Below are positions 27,485 to 37,309 of a DNA stretch of 64,000 nucleotides, one piece after another (position 1 is the first letter of the stretch; every line of letters starts with the position of its first letter). This stretch comes from Nitrospirales bacterium (GTDB lineage: Bacteria > Nitrospirota > Nitrospiria > Nitrospirales > NS-4). The stretch lies in the NCBI GenBank assembly GCA_036505795.1, contig DASXSU010000095.1:18242-82241 (forward strand), read 5' to 3'. A program made the position numbers and the translations under genes. Below the pieces are notes generated by a model. The model had not been told where the DNA came from, did no database searches, and was given only the letters and a program-made list of their open reading frames with translations.

Positions 27485-30400
27485 GAATCGCAACGCCTCC
27501 TCGAAATAGTATCGGCGTGCCTGCGACTGCCGGGACTCGCGGCCCCGGCGTCACAATTCCCGCGAGGTTTAACGGGTCTGCCGCCGAGACCGTTATTTCA
27601 TGAGAAACATCGTCCGGCTCTCGACGCACGCTTCGCAAAGCCTCGATGGCTTCCGGAAGGCCGAACTGCTCTCCGGTAAATCCTGCGACGAAGCGGCCGC
27701 CGCGAATTTCTCCGCGTAGCTCCAGCCGTCGATATTGAACCAGCAGGTCGCGCCAAGGAGGCGCGCAGGATTCGCGACCCAAGAGATCCCTGAATACGAC
27801 TCCATACCGGCGCAGGAGCTGGCGGGCGATCCGCTCGACGTACTCGGGAGAGCCTGACTGTAGCCGCTCAATCCCGAAGGATTCCGGCTTAAGAAGCGCC
27901 CATCGCCCCATACTATGTCGGGGGCGCCGGGCACGCTCTCTGCCTTCGGCCCGGCGACGGCGTGGATCGATGAGGGCCCTCAAGCTGTCGAAGCCGTCTG
28001 CTGTCACGCGACCTGCGCTCACTAACTCCCAGAGTCCTTGCTCCACTTCAGCGGGCAGGTGCCCGGTCCCTCTGACAAGGTCCGTGAAAAAGCTCGCGCC
28101 CCGATCTATCAAATACCGATACAGATTCTGCGCCAACGAGCTTAGCGGAGGCGGCACGATCTCCCGGCTCAGCAGCCAGTCGGCGTCGTCGAGCGGAAAA
28201 AGACCGATTGGCGCAGCACTGGTCAGATTCATGAGTTTCTCGGTCGGGGCGTTGAAGCGGCCCCACCCTACGACGCCGCTCAAACAGAGACGATCCAACA
28301 TTTCCGGTTTGTAGTTTACGACGCGTTTCGCTAGCAGATGGCGCTCCCAGGCTGGCCCCGCCGCCTCAAACCCTGAAAGTTGGCGGATCATCTCAAGGAG
28401 GCCGGCCTCCCCGTGCAGCTGAGAACCGGCGGCCACGTGCTGCCATCGAAACAAAAACCGCAGGAAGTCCGCCGCCGTGACCGGCTCGATCTCTCGGCGC
28501 AGAGCCGCCGTAGTCAGGCGATGAATGCGAGCCAGAAGGCGTCGATCGCACCATTCCTCGACTTCCGCCGGATGGCTCCGTTCGATAAGTTCTTTCATCA
28601 GAGCGGGCGCAGAGAATTGGCCGCGTAGCACCTGCCCAGCCGCTTCCAATCGGAGAAGCGCTCCGGAAATCTCATGGGGCGCAAGATGAAGCCTTCTGGC
28701 CAAACCCGCTGCGGTAGTAGGACCAATAATTGCCATCCACCCTTGCACCACGGCAGTGACCGCCTCGTCGGCGCCAGGGGTGTCCTCAACCGCAACCGAC
28801 GATTCAAGAGCCCTCGGTCCCTTCGTGGAGGCGAGGATCGCATGAGCGAAGTCCCTTCGCTCTGTGGCCACCCAAATCGAAACCATCGCGTTTCCATACG
28901 TGTCAGAAATGCTCAGAATACTTGCGCGCCCCGTCTCAGATAACGCAGGCAGATGCGCGGCCCAAGCATCCGGCACCTGTTCCGCCGGTACCCACACTAA
29001 AGTCAGCAGTGCATCATGAAGTTCATCGGGATCACGGACGGCCGGCCACGCTTCCTCTACGACTTGCAGAATTGCCGCAGCGTCCAAACCGCCTAATCGC
29101 GCCGTGAGATCGCTCGGCAAAGTACGGCGCATTTGCACAGCGCGTGTCCGCCGCTCCTCCAAGGGAGCGTCATCCAAGAACGCATAGGGATTCGCGTTGA
29201 GAATCTCGTGCCCGAAGGCCGATGGAACGGGCGTCTCCGCCGTGAGACACCGGATCTGGCCGCCCTCGATGCGCTGAAGAACCCCGACGAGGCCTTCTAA
29301 ATCCAGTGCCTCCGTCAAACAGTCATGCAGCGTTTCCCGTACCAACGGGTGATCGGGAAGCTCACACTCGATGTGAGGATTATCCGGACACGCTGTGGCG
29401 TTTGGAAATACCGCGGTCAACAAATCCTCGGCCCGCATGCGCTGGATTTGGGGCGGGACGCGTCGTCCATTGCTGAATCGCAGGAGGGCCAACGCACGAG
29501 ACGCGTTCCAACGCCACCGCGTGGTGAACATCGGGGATGCCACCACCGCTTTCACCAATACCTCTTCGACACTCGCCGGTTTGAGGAAATCGAAGACCGA
29601 GGCCAGCGGAAAACTGTGCCGCTCTCCGAGCGAGATCACAAGACCTTCGTCCGTCGCGGCCGCTTGCAATTCGAGATCGAATGCAGTGCAAAACCGCTTG
29701 CGCAAGGCAAGTCCCCAGGCGCGGTTGAGCCGCCCTCCGAACGGGGCGTGCAAGACGAGTTGCATGCCGCCGCTTTCGTCGAAGAACCTCTCCGCGATGA
29801 TCGTATCCTGGGTCGGCACCGCCCCCAGTACCTTGCGTCCCTCCTCGACATACTCCAACGCCTGCTCGGCTCCCCGCCGGTCCAGCCCGCACTGCGCCTC
29901 CAACCAGCTCACCCCGGCTTCTGGAAGAGTCTGTTCCGTTCCGGAGTCCCAAAATCCGCCGAGCTGTTCCCGAATGTGCGCGACCTCGGCCGATAGCTCA
30001 GATGTTCTGGCAGGCGCCTCCCCACGCCAGAATGGGATTGTCGGCGGGGCTCCCTGCGCATCCTCCACCCTGACGGTACCGGTCTCAACGCCACGGATGC
30101 GCCAGGAGGCGTTCCCAAGCAACATGATGTCCCCGGCTAAACTCTCTACCGCGAAATCTTCATCGACAGACCCGACAACCAGTCCGCCAGGCTCGGCAAC
30201 AACCGCATAGTTCGCCGAGTCCGGAATCGCGCCCCCGGACGTCAGCGCAGCGAGACGAGCACCGCGCCGCCCTCGCAGCCGGTGTTGGACGCGATCATGA
30301 TGGAGGAAGGCCCCTCTGCGTCCCTGAGAAGTCGCGAAACCTTCGCTCAGCATTGTCACCACGGCATCGAAATCCACCCGCTGGAGCATGCGGTATGGAT

Positions 30401-31703
30401 AGGCTCCGCGGCACAGCTCAAACAGCGCATCTTCCCGCCACTCTTGCGTAGCGGCAGACGCCACGATCTGTTGCGCAAGGATATCCAAGGGCGCTAAAGG
30501 AATCGCGAGCCGGTCCAGAATGCCGTCACGGATAGCCTTCACCACGGCCGCGCACTCGATCAGATCATCCCGGGTGACCGGAAACAGTCTTCCCTTGGGC
30601 AGGGCGCCGACCCAGTGACCGGACCGGCCGATACGCTGTAGACCGATGGCGATAGCTCGAGGCGACCCTACCTGGCAGACCAGCTCTACACTGCCGATGT
30701 CGATCCCCAGCTCGAGCGAGGCCGTCGCAACGATCACCCGGATGTCCCCGCGTTTGAGCCGGTCTTCGGCGGACAATCGGAGACGCCGTGAGAGGCTGCC
30801 ATGATGCGCCGCCACTTGGTCGTCGCCTAAGCGCTCGGCCAAATGATGAGACACCCGCTCCGCGAGCCGCCGAGTATTGACAAAGACCAGGGTCGTGCGA
30901 TGCGCCTGAGCGAGCTCGGCCAGCCGATCGTAGATATCCTTCCAGATGGCGTTTGTCGCAACGCTTCCGAGCTCATCCTTGGGAACTTCGACCCCGAGAT
31001 CCATCGGCCGGCGATGCCCCATGTCGATCACACGGCAAGGTTTCCCGACGCCGCCGACGAGAAAGGCCGCGATGTCGACAATGGGTTCCTGGGTCGCCGA
31101 GAGACCGATCCGGGTCGGTTTGGTCGCAGTCAGCGCACCCAGCCGCTCAAGAGAGAGGGCGAGATGGGCGCCGCGTTTATTGCCTGCCACCGCGTGTATC
31201 TCATCCACAATGACCGTCTTGACGTCTCGGAGGAGGTCGCGGCTTTTTTCGGCGGTCAGCAAGAGAAACAAGGATTCCGGAGTTGTGACGAGAATATGCG
31301 GCGGCCGCATCAGCATCCGTCGTCGGTTCCAGGCCGGAGTGTCTCCGGTTCGAACTTCCACCCGCAACTCAGGCGTCAACAGTCCCGCACTGAAGGCTCT
31401 TTCCCCGATTTCTGCCAGCGGTTGTTGCAGATTCTTTTGCACGTCGTTGCTCAGCGCTTTGAGGGGAGACACGTAGAGCACCTGAGTCCGGTCTTCTAAT
31501 TCTCCTGCAAGCGCTTGTTTGAACAGATCGTCAATACAGGTCAGAAACGCGGCTAAAGTCTTGCCTGAGCCGGTCGGCGCGGCAATCAAGGTGTCCTCCC
31601 TCGAGACAATCGCCGGCCAGCTTTTGAGCTGGACATTGGTTGGCTCGATAAAGCGTCCACGAAACCAGTCGGCGACCACGGGATGAAAAAGTGAAAGAGA
31701 CAT
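27426..31703 (-). CDS. lhr: Lhr-type large ATP-dependent helicase
   Basis: 1425 aa. Walker A is APTGSGKT, the DExH box is IVDEIHA, and motif VI is QRIGRSGH. The DEAD/H-associated region and the long C-terminal domain are typical of full-length Lhr. Confidence 0.9.
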   Translation of the reverse strand: MSLSLFHPVVADWFRGRFIEPTNVQLKSWPAIVSREDTLIAAPTGSGKTLAAFLTCIDDLFKQALAGELEDRTQVLYVSPLKALSNDVQKNLQQPLAEIGERAFSAGLLTPELRVEVRTGDTPAWNRRRMLMRPPHILVTTPESLFLLLTAEKSRDLLRDVKTVIVDEIHAVAGNKRGAHLALSLERLGALTATKPTRIGLSATQEPIVDIAAFLVGGVGKPCRVIDMGHRRPMDLGVEVPKDELGSVATNAIWKDIYDRLAELAQAHRTTLVFVNTRRLAERVSHHLAERLGDDQVAAHHGSLSRRLRLSAEDRLKRGDIRVIVATASLELGIDIGSVELVCQVGSPRAIAIGLQRIGRSGHWVGALPKGRLFPVTRDDLIECAAVVKAIRDGILDRLAIPLAPLDILAQQIVASAATQEWREDALFELCRGAYPYRMLQRVDFDAVVTMLSEGFATSQGRRGAFLHHDRVQHRLRGRRGARLAALTSGGAIPDSANYAVVAEPGGLVVGSVDEDFAVESLAGDIMLLGNASWRIRGVETGTVRVEDAQGAPPTIPFWRGEAPARTSELSAEVAHIREQLGGFWDSGTEQTLPEAGVSWLEAQCGLDRRGAEQALEYVEEGRKVLGAVPTQDTIIAERFFDESGGMQLVLHAPFGGRLNRAWGLALRKRFCTAFDLELQAAATDEGLVISLGERHSFPLASVFDFLKPASVEEVLVKAVVASPMFTTRWRWNASRALALLRFSNGRRVPPQIQRMRAEDLLTAVFPNATACPDNPHIECELPDHPLVRETLHDCLTEALDLEGLVGVLQRIEGGQIRCLTAETPVPSAFGHEILNANPYAFLDDAPLEERRTRAVQMRRTLPSDLTARLGGLDAAAILQVVEEAWPAVRDPDELHDALLTLVWVPAEQVPDAWAAHLPALSETGRASILSISDTYGNAMVSIWVATERRDFAHAILASTKGPRALESSVAVEDTPGADEAVTAVVQGWMAIIGPTTAAGLARRLHLAPHEISGALLRLEAAGQVLRGQFSAPALMKELIERSHPAEVEEWCDRRLLARIHRLTTAALRREIEPVTAADFLRFLFRWQHVAAGSQLHGEAGLLEMIRQLSGFEAAGPAWERHLLAKRVVNYKPEMLDRLCLSGVVGWGRFNAPTEKLMNLTSAAPIGLFPLDDADWLLSREIVPPPLSSLAQNLYRYLIDRGASFFTDLVRGTGHLPAEVEQGLWELVSAGRVTADGFDSLRALIDPRRRRAEGRERARRPRHSMGRWALLKPESFGIERLQSGSPEYVERIARQLLRRYGVVFRDLLGRESCAPPWRDLLVQYRRLELRGEIRGGRFVAGFTGEQFGLPEAIEALRSVRREPDDVSHEITVSAADPLNLAGIVTPGPRVPAVAGTPILFRGGVAIPIEKAERILAGSAQGYPCG

Positions 31704-31885
31704 GGAGGAATTGTAACACTAAGACAGGATTTACGCAGTTCCCTCCATTAACGCTACTTGGTGGCGCCGACAGATACACCTGATTATCCGCCCGGATACT
31801 GTTTTGCGTGCCCTAATCACGAGTCGCGTTTCACCAGACTCATAATTCTCTGCGCTTATGGACGATCAGGCATCAACAGCACCTT

Positions 31886-31900
31886 AGGCATAGCTGTTGC
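31886..31900 (+). promoter_or_regulatory. sigma54-type (-24/-12) promoter candidate
   Basis: aGGCAtagctgTTGCg matches TGGCAC-N5-TTGC at the invariant GG (31887-31888) and GC (31899-31900) with correct spacing. It lies ~50 nt upstream of the GTG at 31951. Confidence 0.3.
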
Positions 31901-31950
31901 GTACCCTATGTTCAGCTACCTCTACTCTTGATAGATGAAGGAGCTGAGCC

Positions 31951-32340
31951 GTGTCATTCTCTCGTACGTCGGTTTCGAAACGGGTCCTGATCGTCGATGA
32001 CGATCCGGACATTCGTCAGGTTTTACGGGACCGCCTCGAGTCCCTCGGCTATGCTGTTGAGACTGCCGGCAATGCTCTTGAGGCCATTCTGGCGATCGAC
32101 AAATCTCTCCCCAACGGGATCCTCCTTGACTTCATGTTGCCGGCGATCGACGGGCTACAAGTATTGCGCGAAGTCAGGCGGCTGTATCCCATGCTGCCGG
32201 TCGTCATTATCACCGCGACCCAGGACGAGACCTTTGCCGCGCGAGCCACCGCCGCAGGCGCCGACGACGTGCTCTTTAAGCCTGTTGACAATGACCATTT
32301 CAAGAAGGTTGTCCATCGATACTTCGGAACGGCCCATTAA
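31951..32340 (+). CDS. single-domain response regulator
   Basis: 129 aa with a GTG start. VLIVDDDPDIRQVL...ILLDFMLPAIDG...VVIITAT...KPV. Confidence 0.85.
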   Translation: MSFSRTSVSKRVLIVDDDPDIRQVLRDRLESLGYAVETAGNALEAILAIDKSLPNGILLDFMLPAIDGLQVLREVRRLYPMLPVVIITATQDETFAARATAAGADDVLFKPVDNDHFKKVVHRYFGTAH

Positions 32341-32469
32341 GCCGGACGCATAGCCTCTGCGGCTGTCGTCCACCGGCCATTTAGATTGCCTCCCTGTAAA
32401 TTAAGCTAATTCACCTAGATAGCCGATATATTACTTAGGCTAATGCCCTAGAACGCCAAAGGTGGACCT

Positions 32470-33537
32470 GTGCCGTTTCAACGATCAGCCTCTCGCCCGC
32501 ACCGGTCAGCGAGTGTCCGTGTCCATCGAGCGCTCGCCACTGACCGCTCCGACGAAGAACTAATGGCTCTGAGAATGTGCGATCTCGGCTTGAATTTAGC
32601 AGGGACCTGGCTTGAAGGCCGGATCGCGCAGCTCTGCGCGGACCTCAAACGGCGTGGTCTCCGCTTTTGCCCGCATACATGGCTATCACACGATTGGTTC
32701 TCCCCAGATGGCGTCCCCGGGATCGCCATTCCCTTCTACCTTGCGCACCCACGTCTCATGCGTCTTGAGCATCGCCAGATTCGCCAGGTAGAGGGTGGCT
32801 CGCGGGAAGAATGCATGAAGATCTTGCGGCATGAGTGCGGTCATGCCATTCAGCATGCCTACCAGTTACAGCGCCGACGGCGATATCAGCAGTTATTCGG
32901 CAAATCCTCCCACCCTTATCCGGAGTCCTACCGCCCGAACCCCGCCAGCCGGCACTATGTTCAGCACCTCCCGCTCTATTATGCCCAGAGCCATCCGGAC
33001 GAGGATTTCGCAGAGACGTTCGCTGTCTGGCTGCAGCCGCGCGCTACTTGGCGCAGGCGCTATCAAGCCTGGGCCGCGCTCAAGAAGCTTGAATACGTCG
33101 ACGACGTGATGTCCGAGATCAAGCAGTCGCGCCCGGTGATCTCGTCACGAAAGCAGATCGATCCGGTCCATTCGCTGAAAATTCTATTGCGCGATTACTA
33201 TGCCGACAAACGGGCGCGCTACGACCTCGGCTACACGATTATGTATGACCGCGATTTGTTGCGATTATTTTCGAGCGATCCAAGATTCGGCAACCACGAC
33301 CGTGCCTCTACGTTTTTGAGGTGCCATCGCCGGGAAATCCGCAAGCTGGTCGGCCCGAACACCCGGGCATCCCTCTTTGCTCTGGACTTCGTCCTGGATG
33401 AAATGATCGGTCGCTGCCGGGAGTTGAAGCTGCGTGCCGTGGGTTCCAAACGGCAGCTGCTAAGGAACTTTTCGGTCCTGCTCACCGTGAAAACGGCCTT
33501 GTTTCTCACTCGCCGATCCAACGAGATCGCCCTATGA
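32470..33537 (+). CDS. putative zinc metallopeptidase-like protein (HExxH)
   Basis: 355 aa with a GTG start after AAAGGTGGA. The HExxH is LRHECGHAIQHAY and a downstream acidic motif is HPDEDFAETFAVWL. It resembles the 'putative zinc-binding metallopeptidase' family, unverified. Confidence 0.6.
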   Translation: MPFQRSASRPHRSASVRVHRALATDRSDEELMALRMCDLGLNLAGTWLEGRIAQLCADLKRRGLRFCPHTWLSHDWFSPDGVPGIAIPFYLAHPRLMRLEHRQIRQVEGGSREECMKILRHECGHAIQHAYQLQRRRRYQQLFGKSSHPYPESYRPNPASRHYVQHLPLYYAQSHPDEDFAETFAVWLQPRATWRRRYQAWAALKKLEYVDDVMSEIKQSRPVISSRKQIDPVHSLKILLRDYYADKRARYDLGYTIMYDRDLLRLFSSDPRFGNHDRASTFLRCHRREIRKLVGPNTRASLFALDFVLDEMIGRCRELKLRAVGSKRQLLRNFSVLLTVKTALFLTRRSNEIAL

Positions 33538-34568
33538 GACGACTGCGCCTGAAAAATCTCCGGGTTCTCGCGCTCATGCATCCGTCGCTGCTCCCTCCCG
33601 AGTCGCTCGAGGGCCTAACTGAGAAGGAAGCGTATGCGATCAAGACTGAATACGATATTGTCACGACCTTGCGCCGGCTGGGCCATGACGTGCAGGTCCT
33701 CGGGGTTCAGGATGAACTGATGCCAATCAGATCGGCGGTTACTGACTGGAAGCCTCAAATCGTTTTCAATCTTCTCGAAGAATTTCACGGCATCTCTGAA
33801 TTTGACCAGCACGTAGTCGCTTTCCTGGAACTCCTTCAAGTGTGCTATACGGGTTGCAACCCTCGCGGAATGGTGCTGGCGCGGGGGAAAGCGCTGTCGA
33901 AAAAGCTGGTGACCTACCACCGGATCCGGGTGCCGGCATTCACGGTTTTTCCTCGTGGCCGGCGGGCTCGGCCGTCTCGAGGTTTGCGATTTCCGCTGAT
34001 CGTGAAGAGCCTCACCGAGGAGTCCTCGAACGGCATCTCACAGGCATCGATTGTGGACACCCCGGAAAAACTCGAGGAACGAGTGGCCTTTATTCATAAG
34101 AGTATTGGCACCGATGCCATTGTCGAACAATATATTGAGGGGCGAGAGATCTATGTAGGGGCAATCGGCAACAAACGGGTACAGGTCCTACCGATCTGGG
34201 AGCTGGAGTTCACTAATCTCGCGCCGGGGACTGCCGCCATCGCCACGGCGCGCGTCAAGCATAACCCTGTCTACCAACGCAAGCACGGGATCAACCAACA
34301 TCCGGCGAAAAACTTGAGCGCGGCATTGCAAAGCCAGATCGTACGTACCACCCGACGCATCGTTAAAATTCTTGAGCTCGATGGATACGCGAGGATCGAC
34401 TACCGATTGGCGGCGGACGGCACCCTGTATTTTCTGGAAGCCAATCCTAATCCGGAGATCGCTGAAATCGAAGAGTTCGCCTCAGCGGCGAAAGTCGCGG
34501 GTCTCCCCTATGCTCAACTTGTGCAAAAGATCGTCAATCTCGGATTACGTCGAGGCCTGGGATCTTGA
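33534..34568 (+). CDS. ATP-grasp enzyme of the D-alanine--D-alanine ligase-like family
   Basis: 344 aa. The ATG overlaps the previous stop (ATGA at 33534-33537). LIVKSLTEESSNGIS, VEQYIEGREIYVG and RIDYRLAADGTLYFLEANPNPE are ATP-grasp motifs. Confidence 0.8.
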   Translation: MRRLRLKNLRVLALMHPSLLPPESLEGLTEKEAYAIKTEYDIVTTLRRLGHDVQVLGVQDELMPIRSAVTDWKPQIVFNLLEEFHGISEFDQHVVAFLELLQVCYTGCNPRGMVLARGKALSKKLVTYHRIRVPAFTVFPRGRRARPSRGLRFPLIVKSLTEESSNGISQASIVDTPEKLEERVAFIHKSIGTDAIVEQYIEGREIYVGAIGNKRVQVLPIWELEFTNLAPGTAAIATARVKHNPVYQRKHGINQHPAKNLSAALQSQIVRTTRRIVKILELDGYARIDYRLAADGTLYFLEANPNPEIAEIEEFASAAKVAGLPYAQLVQKIVNLGLRRGLGS

Positions 34569-34577
34569 CCTTCTCCT

Positions 34578-35057
34578 TTATTGCAAGGCCAGAGAGGTCA
34601 AAGTCGCTCTGCACATCCTGCCGCCCTTATCAGGTTTGATCCACAGCCGGAGATGAGTCACAGGTTCCCCCGGCACGGTCCATTCTTCCCGTTCAAACGT
34701 CGTCCCTGGCGGGCTAAAGTTAAACTCCTGGCGTACCAATTCACGGTACTTCTGCCCTCCGTCATAGGAGACAGCCAACACTACCTCCTGCGTTCGGCTC
34801 ACGGTCTCTTCTTCGACCTCTATGGTCACCTTCCGAATCTTTTGCGGAACGTCGAAGACCAGTGTCACCGCCTGTTCACCGGACTTTTCTGCGACCCACC
34901 GACTTCCTCCAGATCCGCGCTGGCCATCGAAGACGTTATCAATCGGATGGTCCGCTGCTTCTGATGTCACTAGTACAGTGGCGACCGCCGCTACGGGAAT
35001 CTCGTCTGGGTGAGCCCCGGTTGTCGCTGGGTGGGCACCGACCTGTTTACGCAACAT
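34578..35057 (-). CDS. hypothetical protein with a discoidin/galactose-binding-like domain
   Basis: The ATG at 35057 (MLRKQV...) is preferred to the track start at 35114. PIDNVFDGQRGSGGSRWVAEKSGEQAVTLVFDVPQKIRKVTIEVEE...THLRLWI resembles an F5/8 type C fold. Confidence 0.45.
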   Translation of the reverse strand: MLRKQVGAHPATTGAHPDEIPVAAVATVLVTSEAADHPIDNVFDGQRGSGGSRWVAEKSGEQAVTLVFDVPQKIRKVTIEVEEETVSRTQEVVLAVSYDGGQKYRELVRQEFNFSPPGTTFEREEWTVPGEPVTHLRLWIKPDKGGRMCRATLTSLALQ

Positions 35058-35250
35058 GGCGCTTCTCCTCCGCTTCGGCAAATGTGGAACCGGTTTTCCA
35101 ACGCCACCTTCCATTTGACGTTAACGATCCGATTGTACTACGGCGTGACCAATAAATCTCTCCCGCTGTTAGTGGCCCACGCCCGACCGTTGCTGCCATT
35201 AGGAGCGTGGCTGTCGGAGCAGAATGCGGCAGTCGACGCGCCAACTTTAT

Positions 35251-35754
35251 TCAGAACGCCATCTTCTCCCTGGCCGGAACCTCGCACACATACGTTGTCT
35301 CAACCATAACGACATCCCCCTCTTCCACATCCGCAAAAGGAGTTCGCCATCCACTCTTGCGCCACTGGGACGCCTGGTTGTTCACGTCCAGGGATCCATG
35401 GGAATCAATAATTGTTTTGGCCTGATTGACCTTGTCTTTATCCACAGTGACACAGATGAGAGTACCGCCACGCCGGACAGCTTCTGAGTAGAACACGGCT
35501 TTTTTCTCCGACATGCCCATTTCGATCAGGGAGACGGCGACACTGCCGCCGGTGGCCTCTTCGGTAATTTCAGCGACGGTATCAGCCCCCGGAGTCCTTC
35601 CACCCACGGAAGCTGTGGCCGTAGGTACAGGCTGAGTGCCCCCTTCCGGCATCACACGAATATCATCGCGTGGAAAGCCTTGATTTTCCAAATCCCTCAC
35701 GACAGTCTCAGCAGTGACAGGGTCCGCAAAAAGGCCGATGACTGTATTGACCAT
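35251..35754 (-). CDS. general-stress-type protein (YflT/GSP17M-like N-terminal domain)
   Basis: 167 aa. VIGLFADPVTAETVVRDLENQGFPRDDIRVM and KAVFYSEAVRRGGTLICVTV are typical of this small stress-protein family. Confidence 0.45.
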   Translation of the reverse strand: MVNTVIGLFADPVTAETVVRDLENQGFPRDDIRVMPEGGTQPVPTATASVGGRTPGADTVAEITEEATGGSVAVSLIEMGMSEKKAVFYSEAVRRGGTLICVTVDKDKVNQAKTIIDSHGSLDVNNQASQWRKSGWRTPFADVEEGDVVMVETTYVCEVPAREKMAF

Positions 35755-35904
35755 AGGGAAGCTCCTTTCGTCGGGTAGTTGCCTTCAGATAGCCATATTT
35801 GTGCCGTCCTCACAATGGATAAACTGATGATCCGGATGACGAAAAATGTCCAAGAGGCGTGACTGGGGTAAGCCTAATAAGATGCGTGGGCGGGATGCAA
35901 GATT

Positions 35905-35980
35905 TGGAGGCGCCGAGCGGGGTCGAACCGCTGCATCGCAGTTTTGCAGACTGCTCCCTTAACCACTTGGGTACGGCGCC
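35905..35980 (-). tRNA. tRNA-Cys: tRNA-Cys (anticodon GCA), CCA encoded
   Basis: The reverse complement reads GGCGCCGTACCCAAGTGGTTAAGGGAGCAGTCTGCAAAACTGCGATGCAGCGGTTCGACCCCGCTCGGCGCCTCCA. The acceptor stem is GGCGCCG/CGGCGCC and the anticodon stem is GCAGT/ACTGC with loop CTGCAAA. The T arm is AGCGG-TTCGACC-CCGCT, and the discriminator is U followed by CCA. Confidence 0.93.
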
Positions 35981-36040
35981 TTGTTGGGGATTATAAAGAT
36001 GAAGGGGCTAGTGAGACAAGGAGGTTAATCGGGGCTGCTT

Positions 36041-37216
36041 TTACAACTTGAGCATGCGAACTTCCTTATTTTTCGAGTTTCCTGCGTCCGAGATCGACTC
36101 TGTAGCCAGCTCGCCGTTGACGCTGCCGTTGGCATCACCGTAAAGATCAGCTTCCTTTTCTTTCGCCATGATTTCGATTTCAGCGAGTAGGGTGTCCAAC
36201 AACTCTTCCGATTTGACTTTCCTAACGAGCTTGCCTGCTTTGAAGAGAATTCCGTGGCCATCTCCGCCCGCAATACCGATATCGGCCTCCTTGCCCTCAC
36301 CGATGCCGTTCACGACGCAGCCGAGGACCGAGACATTCAGCGGCACGCGGATATGTCCCAGCCGCTTCTCAAGTTCGTTGGCCAGCTTCACCACGTCGAT
36401 CTCCACCCGGCCGCATGTCGGACAGGCGATGACATTGACGCCGCGATGACGAAGTTCAAGGGATTTCAGTATTTCAAAGCCGACTTTCACCTCTTCGACA
36501 GGATCGGCAGCGAGGGAGACACGAATGGTATCACCGATGCCGCCCGCCAGGAGCAAGCCGATGCCTATCGATGACTTGATGGAACCGGTCAAGAGCGTCC
36601 CCGCTTCGGTAATCCCCAAATGCAAGGGGTAATCGGACTGCAACGAAAACAGCCGGTAGGCGTCCACAGCCAGATGTACATCGGAGGCCTTCAATGAGAC
36701 CTTCATATCGGTGAACCCGATGTCCTCGAGGGCGTGGACGGCGTTCAGGGCGGATTCACACAAGGCTTCGGCGGTGGGATACCCGTATTTGGCGAGTAAT
36801 TCCCGTTCGAGCGAGCCGCCGTTGACCCCAATGCGCAGAGGAATGTTGCGGTCACGGACCGCCTTCACAACCTCCTCCACCTTCCACCAAGCGCCGATGT
36901 TGCCGGGATTGATCCGGACGCAATCGACGACCTGCGCCGCCTTGAGCGCCAGGCGGTGATCAAAATGAATATCGGCGATCAGCGGGATCGTGACTTGAGA
37001 TTTGATCGCCCGTAAGGCGGCGGCCGCCTCCGGCGTATTCACCGTCACCCTGACAATCTCGCATCCGACTTGCTCTAGTTCGTGGATCTGGGCGACCGTG
37101 GCGGTCACATCGGCGGTGTCCGGGGTGGTCATGGATTGAACGACTATCGGCGCCCCTCCACCAATCGGCACCCGCCCGACACGAATCTGTTTGGTTTTGC
37201 GTCGTGTAATAAACAT
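36041..37216 (-). CDS. ispG: 4-hydroxy-3-methylbut-2-en-1-yl diphosphate synthase (IspG/GcpE)
   Basis: The ATG at 37216 (MFITRRKTKQIRVGRVPIGGGAPIVVQSMT) is the canonical IspG N-terminus. RVTVNT, RINPGNIG and the Cys ligands (IACPTCGR, VLGCVVNGIGE) are present. The C-terminal tail is about 45 aa longer than usual. Confidence 0.92.
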   Translation of the reverse strand: MFITRRKTKQIRVGRVPIGGGAPIVVQSMTTPDTADVTATVAQIHELEQVGCEIVRVTVNTPEAAAALRAIKSQVTIPLIADIHFDHRLALKAAQVVDCVRINPGNIGAWWKVEEVVKAVRDRNIPLRIGVNGGSLERELLAKYGYPTAEALCESALNAVHALEDIGFTDMKVSLKASDVHLAVDAYRLFSLQSDYPLHLGITEAGTLLTGSIKSSIGIGLLLAGGIGDTIRVSLAADPVEEVKVGFEILKSLELRHRGVNVIACPTCGRVEIDVVKLANELEKRLGHIRVPLNVSVLGCVVNGIGEGKEADIGIAGGDGHGILFKAGKLVRKVKSEELLDTLLAEIEIMAKEKEADLYGDANGSVNGELATESISDAGNSKNKEVRMLKL

Positions 37217-37309
37217 GGTTACGGTACGGCTTTCACAAGTCCTTGGCGACCCGTAGAACTCCTGAATTATAAACGTGTTTTTGGCTGCTGTCAAACAGTG
37301 CGACAGATA

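Noticed and set aside
29325-30210. 223-aa and 271-aa + strand ORFs, plus a 190-aa alternative-frame - strand ORF, inside lhr
   Set aside because: They are fully embedded in a 1425-aa helicase gene with motif support. Their Arg/Ser/Pro-rich composition and lack of motifs mark them as shadow ORFs.
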